From positions 1-63,777 of the forward strand of contig SVRA01000002.1 in the NCBI GenBank assembly GCA_015065075.1: a stretch of 63,777 bases of DNA. The letters run 5' to 3'. The first letter of the stretch is position 1; each line of letters starts with the position of its first letter. Of the stretch, positions 58,333-63,777 are shown piece after piece. The position numbers and the translations under genes are program-made. The notes under the pieces are model-generated. The model did not search any database, was not told where the DNA came from, and was given only the letters and a program-made list of their open reading frames with translations. The stretch comes from Oscillospiraceae bacterium (GTDB lineage Bacteria; Bacillota; Clostridia; Oscillospirales; CAG-272).

Positions 58333-61300
58333 ATGAAATCAACCAAAAGAATTGTATGTATCATATTGGCGATCGCAACGCTTTTGGGAGCAGTTGGCAT
58401 CGGTGCTGCGATATTCTTTGTGAAGGATGACGTAGACCCGATCAAGCCCTTGGAAGAGATACCTTATTCCGAGTCCATGACTCCCAGTGTAACGCCTACC
58501 GGCACCTCCTTCTTTGAAGATACTTTCTTGGAAGTCGATCCTGAAAAGGGGGAGCATATCAACATAACGTACGACGAGTTTCCCCGAACTCAGAATACCT
58601 CCAATCTCTTAAGCCAGGGAACTGCGGTTTTTGAGATAGACGGCAAGACCGTTATGGCGGATGCGTATTACAGAGTTAAGGACGAAGCCCTTAACGACCC
58701 TAACGCAGGCCTTGGAATCCTTTTGTATCAGAGTATTCTCTATAAGATAGCAAATCCCGAGGCGGAGATGCGCATTTGCTTCACCTCGTACCGCATCTCT
58801 CCCACTGCGGCCGTATGTGTGCTCCCTCAGAGCCGATATTACGGATATATGCGCTCTCTTTACGGCAACGGTAACGATTACGACCAAAACGGATTTGTTC
58901 GTATCATTTATATGCTTGTTGAAGCGGCAAAAATGGGAATTGACGTTACTGTCATAGGTCAGCTCAATTCCTATGCCGTAAAGCAGTATAATAGCAAGGG
59001 AGAGCTTAAAAAGGTCGCGGAAGCGTCTTATGCACAGTATCTGAACAACGCTCTTTCTCAGGATTGCTACGACAAGTACGCCGATGGCAAAAAGGTATCC
59101 GATTTTATGACCTTCCGAGAGGTTGAATGGACACTTGAGGATAAGGGCGGTACCGATATGATGCATCTGAAGTCTCTTACCACCTCTAATTATCTTGACA
59201 GAGACGGCGTAGCTCATGAAAACGCAGTATTTTTCTCCAGTGCCAATATGGATGCTATCGACTATAAGGGATGTAACGGTAATAACGGCTCTCAGTCGGG
59301 CGTTACCATAACCGGACATAAGGAGATATATAATGCTACCGTCAACTATATAGATCTTATGGCGGAGTATTATGAGCAGGAGAAGCTTTATGAGCTCAGA
59401 TATCTCCTTCAAAAGAGAAATACCGAGCAGGCGGAGCTTATAGGTGCAGGAAGAGAAAACGAGATCCCCGACGAAGAGCAGATAACCTGGCTTGGAAGTG
59501 AGGGCGATAAGGTCTTTAAGCTTTATTTCTCTTGTCTGGGTGGCGATTACGATGCATGGAATACGGTAACCAATCCCTATTGTGAGCAGGTTCAAAATCT
59601 TTATGACTCTGCGATAAATTACCCCGACGAATATAGAGTGTTCACTTGGAACTGTGCTTCCTATACCCGAAGCTTCAACGTATCGCAGATCATGGACGAA
59701 ATGGTCAACAGAGCGTTTATTGATTATCCCCATCCCGACAATCGCCTCAGCATTATGGCGAAGGAATATGAGTATGACGAGCTCAGTGAGCTGAAGGTTG
59801 GGACCGATATAGGATTTTTGAAGCTTAAGAATAAGAGCACGGGAATGCACTCGAAGGACTTGATGTTCTCTTACGTCAAGGACGGCGAAAGAAAGTACGT
59901 TTCACTCCTTTCTTCATGCAATTTCCATTCCGGTGCGCTCTATTACCAGACAAACTCTATGCTTACCATTACCGAAACCGACGAAACGGGAGACACTTTC
60001 TATAAAGCTCTCGGAATCGCATCCACGGCGGGATGTATAGTTGAAGAGGGAAAGACCTTTTCTACCGATGAAAGACTTGCAGTGTCCAAGGAGTTTGGAA
60101 CGCTGCCCCAAACAGTTGAGGCGGTATTTGAGCTTAACGAGAATGCCGCTAAAGAGGATGAAAGCTACGGTATGCTTTTGAGTAACCACGATTACTGGCA
60201 TTCTCAGCTTTCCGTTGAGGTAGCAGCAGGGGGAAATCCTCAGGTGACCTTTTGGATAAACGAAAGCGTTCCTGACGAAACCAGCGTGCACGGCGACAAA
60301 ATGAAGTGCACCAAATTGGTCTTTCTTTTCGACAAAGTAGACGTAAGATCTTATAAAGAAACAAGATTGACCATTGTCCACGACAGAGAAAAGGCAGAGG
60401 TCCGTTGTTACGTTAACGGAGAGCTTAAGCAGACGCTTACTCAAGAAAGTATAATGACCAAAGCCCAGATCAAAGAAGGGGTTTCTCCCATAACTGATTT
60501 TGAAACGACTCGAAAATTCGTCGTAGGCGGAAGCTGGATGGGAAGCAACGGTCAGTGTTTTAAAGGCGTTCTCAAGGAACTTAACGTGTGGGCAGACGTG
60601 AGAAGCACGGAAGAGATAGCCGCTGAGGCAGGCACTGAGCTTGCAGGCGACGAGGATCTTCTCGTGGCGTATAACTTCAGAAAGAATGACAAAAATTCTA
60701 TTAAAGATCTTTCTGCCAACAAAAACGATCTTAAAACCGAGGTTCTTTGGCAAGATGTGTCAGAGGTAGAGGACGTTGGTGATTTTGCTTACTCCTTCGC
60801 TATCGTGGGAGATATTCAGGAGCTTTCCGAGGATTATTTTAACGACCACTATTTTAGCGACAAGGGCAAAGATGCCGACGGCAATAAAAACGGTAAGGAT
60901 CCTTACGACGATGAGTACGTTGACGAGGATACCGATCCGCTCGATAATAAGCCCGAACATGTAAAGGCACTTATCGATTGGCTTCTTGAAAACAAAGAGG
61001 AGCACAAGATCGAGTATGTGATGACTCTTGGAGATCTTACTCAAAAGAGCTACACTGCAGAATGGGACTACGTGAGATCTCAGTTCTATAGACTTGACGG
61101 TATTGTTCCGTTCTCTCTTGCGCGCGGAAATCACGATAAGGTCGAGCCCCAGATCAAAACTAAGGACGAAAACAATCAAACCGTGTGGCCCGACGAGCTT
61201 CGTCAAAACGCCTTGTTCTATAAGGCATTTGACGATGAAACGTATCGAGGACAGATAGACGGATGCTTGAACGAATGGGATATTGCCAATACTTATAAGG

Positions 61301-61806
61301 CCTTTACCGTTGCCGACACGAAGTATCTTCTTGTTTGCCTTGACTACGGGCCTTCCGACGAAGCGCTCGAGTGGGCAGGCGAGATCATTGAGGCACACAA
61401 GGATCACAGAGTAATAATCACAACTCATACGTATCTTTTCAGAGATGGAACCCTCTTTGATAAGGATGATGCATATCCCGCATCAAGATCACAGGGCGGT
61501 GTAAACGACGGTGTTGATATGTGGGAAAAGCTTGTCAAGAAATATGAGAACATTGTTCTCGTTATTTCGGGTCACGATCCCAGCGACCATATCGTATGTA
61601 CTAGAACAGAGGGAGATAACGGCAACGTAGTAACGCAGCTTCTTGTTAATCCTCAGCATATGGATTCAAGTCTGCCGTATTGCACCAATATGGTTGCAAT
61701 GCTTTATTTCTCTGAGGACGGCAAAACCGTCACCGTTCGATACTATTCAATAATGAATAACAGATACGGAAGCGTCCAAAGCCAATTTTCATTCGATATA
61801 GAATAA
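58333..61806 (+). CDS. membrane-anchored multidomain protein: PLD-like (2 degenerate HKD motifs) + LamG/ConA-like + calcineurin-like metallophosphoesterase
   Basis: N-terminal TM anchor. HLK...SSAN (~59164) and HSK...SSCN (~59848); a LamG-type end FKGVLKELNVWADVRSTEEI; and MPP motifs VGDIQ, GDLTQ, GNHD, THTY, SGHD. It starts 21 nt after the giant ORF stop. Confidence 0.7.
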   Translation: MKSTKRIVCIILAIATLLGAVGIGAAIFFVKDDVDPIKPLEEIPYSESMTPSVTPTGTSFFEDTFLEVDPEKGEHINITYDEFPRTQNTSNLLSQGTAVFEIDGKTVMADAYYRVKDEALNDPNAGLGILLYQSILYKIANPEAEMRICFTSYRISPTAAVCVLPQSRYYGYMRSLYGNGNDYDQNGFVRIIYMLVEAAKMGIDVTVIGQLNSYAVKQYNSKGELKKVAEASYAQYLNNALSQDCYDKYADGKKVSDFMTFREVEWTLEDKGGTDMMHLKSLTTSNYLDRDGVAHENAVFFSSANMDAIDYKGCNGNNGSQSGVTITGHKEIYNATVNYIDLMAEYYEQEKLYELRYLLQKRNTEQAELIGAGRENEIPDEEQITWLGSEGDKVFKLYFSCLGGDYDAWNTVTNPYCEQVQNLYDSAINYPDEYRVFTWNCASYTRSFNVSQIMDEMVNRAFIDYPHPDNRLSIMAKEYEYDELSELKVGTDIGFLKLKNKSTGMHSKDLMFSYVKDGERKYVSLLSSCNFHSGALYYQTNSMLTITETDETGDTFYKALGIASTAGCIVEEGKTFSTDERLAVSKEFGTLPQTVEAVFELNENAAKEDESYGMLLSNHDYWHSQLSVEVAAGGNPQVTFWINESVPDETSVHGDKMKCTKLVFLFDKVDVRSYKETRLTIVHDREKAEVRCYVNGELKQTLTQESIMTKAQIKEGVSPITDFETTRKFVVGGSWMGSNGQCFKGVLKELNVWADVRSTEEIAAEAGTELAGDEDLLVAYNFRKNDKNSIKDLSANKNDLKTEVLWQDVSEVEDVGDFAYSFAIVGDIQELSEDYFNDHYFSDKGKDADGNKNGKDPYDDEYVDEDTDPLDNKPEHVKALIDWLLENKEEHKIEYVMTLGDLTQKSYTAEWDYVRSQFYRLDGIVPFSLARGNHDKVEPQIKTKDENNQTVWPDELRQNALFYKAFDDETYRGQIDGCLNEWDIANTYKAFTVADTKYLLVCLDYGPSDEALEWAGEIIEAHKDHRVIITTHTYLFRDGTLFDKDDAYPASRSQGGVNDGVDMWEKLVKKYENIVLVISGHDPSDHIVCTRTEGDNGNVVTQLLVNPQHMDSSLPYCTNMVAMLYFSEDGKTVTVRYYSIMNNRYGSVQSQFSFDIE

Positions 61807-61814
61807 TAAATTTT

Positions 61815-61853
61815 GAGTCCACCTCATCTAAGTGAGGTGGACTCGTGCTTTTT
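61815..61853 (+). terminator. rho-independent terminator
   Basis: GAGTCCACCTCA-TCTAA-GTGAGGTGGACTC, followed by GTGCTTTTT. Confidence 0.8.
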
Positions 61854-61929
61854 GGGTGCGTTGGATTCCATTGAATATTTTTCTTTGAGATGCAGATACT
61901 AATTACTAATAAGCTTGGAGGATAGATTA

Positions 61930-63234
61930 ATGGAGTCGATTTGGGAAAATAATGCACCGCGGGTGCATTTTGATACACTGAAAGGCAATAAAAGCACAAA
62001 CGTTTTGATCGTCGGCGGCGGTATCGCGGGAATCTTGTGCGCTTACAAGCTGAAAAATGCGGGTATAGATTGTCTGTTGGTGGAAGCGACCGAGCTCTGC
62101 GGCGGCATTACAAAAAACACCACAGCAAAGATCACCCTGCAGCACGGATTGATCTATGACAAAATGATAAAACGCTTTGGAGAGGCAAAAGCGCGGCTTT
62201 ACGCAGAGGCACAGAACAGAGCTATAAAGAAATACTCCCGACTTTGCGAAAATATCGACTGCGACTACGAAAGGCAGGATAATTACGTATATTCTTTGAT
62301 CGACCAAAAAAAGATCGAAAAAGAAGTTGCGGCATTAACCCGTCTCGGCGTGAAAGCCGAGCTTTCGGACGCCCGCGAGCTTCCGTTTTCCGTTGCGGGT
62401 GCTGTGCGTGTGAAGGATCAAGCACAGTTTCATCCTCTGAAATTCCTATATTCGACTGCAAAAGATCTGCCGATCTACGAGCATACCAAAGTAGTAGAGC
62501 TGATGCCGCACAAGGCAAAAACCAACCATGGTGAGATCACTTACAAAAAGCTGATCATTGCAACCCATTTTCCAATGCTAAACAAGCACGGATTGTATCC
62601 ATTGAAGCTTTATCAGCACCGTTCTTACGTTATTGTGCTGAAAGGGGCACATAACGTGGACGGAATGTATGTGGACGAATCGAACACGGGGCTTTCCTTC
62701 CGAAGCTACGGAGATCTTCTGCTCCTCGGCGGTGGCGGACACCGCACGGGTAAGCAAGGCGGTTGTTGGCAGGAGCTTGAGAACTTTGCCAAAAAGTACT
62801 ACAAAAATGCAGAGATTGTCGGCAAATGGGCAACGCAGGACTGTATGACGCTCGATGATATCCCTTATATCGGTCAATATTCAAAATCCACGCCCGACGT
62901 GTTTGTCGCAACGGGATTTAACAAATGGGGCATGACAAACGCTATGGTCGCCGCCGACATTCTCTGTGACCTTGTCCAAGGAAAGCGTAGTCCATATGCC
63001 GCTGTTTTCGATCCATCACGCAGCGTTCTGCGTCCACGGCTTGCCCTCAACGCTTTTGAGTCAACGGTTGGGCTTTTGACCCCCACCGCACCACGATGTC
63101 CACACCTCGGTTGCGCCCTCAAATATAACAAAGCCGAGCATACCTGGGATTGCCCCTGCCACGGTTCTCGCTTTACCGAGAACGGCGAGCTGATCGATAA
63201 TCCTGCGACAGATGATCATCAATCAATTCAATGA
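61930..63234 (+). CDS. FAD-dependent oxidoreductase with C-terminal Rieske [2Fe-2S] domain
   Basis: Dinucleotide fold VLIVGGGIAG and the Rieske motif CPHLGC-x17-CPCHGS. The start is chosen at MESIWEN after a GGAGGA RBS. Confidence 0.85.
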   Translation: MESIWENNAPRVHFDTLKGNKSTNVLIVGGGIAGILCAYKLKNAGIDCLLVEATELCGGITKNTTAKITLQHGLIYDKMIKRFGEAKARLYAEAQNRAIKKYSRLCENIDCDYERQDNYVYSLIDQKKIEKEVAALTRLGVKAELSDARELPFSVAGAVRVKDQAQFHPLKFLYSTAKDLPIYEHTKVVELMPHKAKTNHGEITYKKLIIATHFPMLNKHGLYPLKLYQHRSYVIVLKGAHNVDGMYVDESNTGLSFRSYGDLLLLGGGGHRTGKQGGCWQELENFAKKYYKNAEIVGKWATQDCMTLDDIPYIGQYSKSTPDVFVATGFNKWGMTNAMVAADILCDLVQGKRSPYAAVFDPSRSVLRPRLALNAFESTVGLLTPTAPRCPHLGCALKYNKAEHTWDCPCHGSRFTENGELIDNPATDDHQSIQ

Positions 63235-63240
63235 AAAAGA

Positions 63241-63276
63241 CCTCCGAAACAGCAATTGCAGTTCGGAGGATTTTTT
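63241..63276 (+). terminator. rho-independent terminator
   Basis: CCTCCGAA-13 nt loop-TTCGGAGG followed by ATTTTTT. Confidence 0.75.
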
Positions 63277-63606
63277 GTTTGGAGAATTTTGATCTGCAAT
63301 GGCAAGCCATTGCGGACTCAGAACCTATACACTCGCGCAACCGCTCGGTGGCATATTCGGGTCTATCACATAAATTCGAATTTTGAGATCTACAAGGGCA
63401 AGATACGCAAGAGTGGCACGGGATGCGTGACGATGATAAACGACCACCTCTACGAAGGGCGGTTCACGCCGAGAGTCAACGGTAAACGCATATCCAAAAA
63501 CGTATACGCCAAGACACGAGAGGAATGCGAAGAAAAGCTCGCAGAGCTGATCAAAACCATGAAAGCGGAAATCGCAGAGATGAAAAAACAAGCAAAAAAC
63601 GCATAA
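63256..63606 (+). pseudogene. remnant of a tyrosine-integrase N-terminal arm/AP2-like DNA-binding domain (no catalytic domain)
   Basis: ...IYKGKIRKSG...YEGRFTPRVNGKRISKNVYAKTREECEEKLAELI resembles the N-terminal module of phage/ICE integrases, but the ORF stops after ~116 aa. Its 5' end overlaps the upstream terminator. A 57-aa product from the ATG at 63433 is also possible. Confidence 0.35.
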
Positions 63607-63612
63607 CGCACA

Positions 63613-63640
63613 GAGGGGCGACCACGAACGGTCGCCCCTC
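63613..63640 (+). terminator. terminator-like hairpin
   Basis: GAGGGGCGACC-ACGAAC-GGTCGCCCCTC. The downstream T-run is weak. Confidence 0.45.
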
Positions 63641-63679
63641 AAAATTTGCATCGGAGGAAGCAAAGAAAAGCCAAATCGG

Positions 63680-63708
63680 TTGAAAAGTTCACAAAAATAT
63701 GGTATAAT
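63680..63708 (+). promoter_or_regulatory. sigma-A type promoter
   Basis: TTGAAA-N17-TATAAT with a TG extended -10. Confidence 0.5.
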
Positions 63709-63742
63709 GATATAAATAAAACCACGAAAGGACGGAGATATT

Positions 63743-63777
63743 ATGTCTTTATACGCCTTCTATGAACAATACTTTCC
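63743..63777 (+). CDS. 5' end of an unidentified gene (runs off the window)
   Basis: The ATG at 63743 follows an AAAGGACGGAG RBS and opens MSLYAFYEQYF... This is too short to identify. Confidence 0.35.
   Translation, partial: MSLYAFYEQYF

Overview
The window is 63.8 kb of a Firmicutes (Clostridia-like) chromosome. That placement rests on a T-box leader, Bacillus-type tRNA-Glu and tRNA-Met, lipoprotein lipoboxes, a Firmicute-type parS and many near-perfect sigma-A promoters. All calls come from reading the supplied translations and the DNA by eye; no database search was run, so family names are motif-based recollections.

The left ~28 kb is origin-proximal housekeeping, though rearranged. It holds:
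- rpmH (truncated at the window edge), a MATE exporter, holA and an HPr-fold protein
- mnmE, a ymdB-like phosphoesterase, a zinc-ribbon membrane protein and pepF
- a tRNA-Met/tRNA-Glu pair
- a five-gene GldA/F/G-type ABC operon on the minus strand
- ahcY-mnmG-rsmG, four phased parS sites, parA-parB and serS
- a GATase/C26 hydrolase and a DUF362 Fe-S protein

The right ~35 kb looks accessory. It holds:
- an Opp/Dpp-type ABC importer in which every component is oversized (908-aa lipoprotein SBP; 733-aa ATPase with a ~400-aa insertion)
- three tandem cytoplasmic paralogs of unknown family
- a stand-alone TrpB2 under a Trp T-box
- a 17.5-kb surface-protein block: a 989-aa coiled-coil lipoprotein, a 3,397-aa Pmp-repeat beta-helix lipoprotein, and a co-transcribed membrane-anchored PLD-like + LamG-like + metallophosphoesterase fusion
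- an FAD/Rieske oxidoreductase and an integrase arm-domain remnant

The best candidates for something undescribed are the surface block (44.3-61.9 kb) and the expanded importer plus paralog triplet (28.6-42.3 kb). No CRISPR, rRNA, intact mobile element or obvious defence system was seen.
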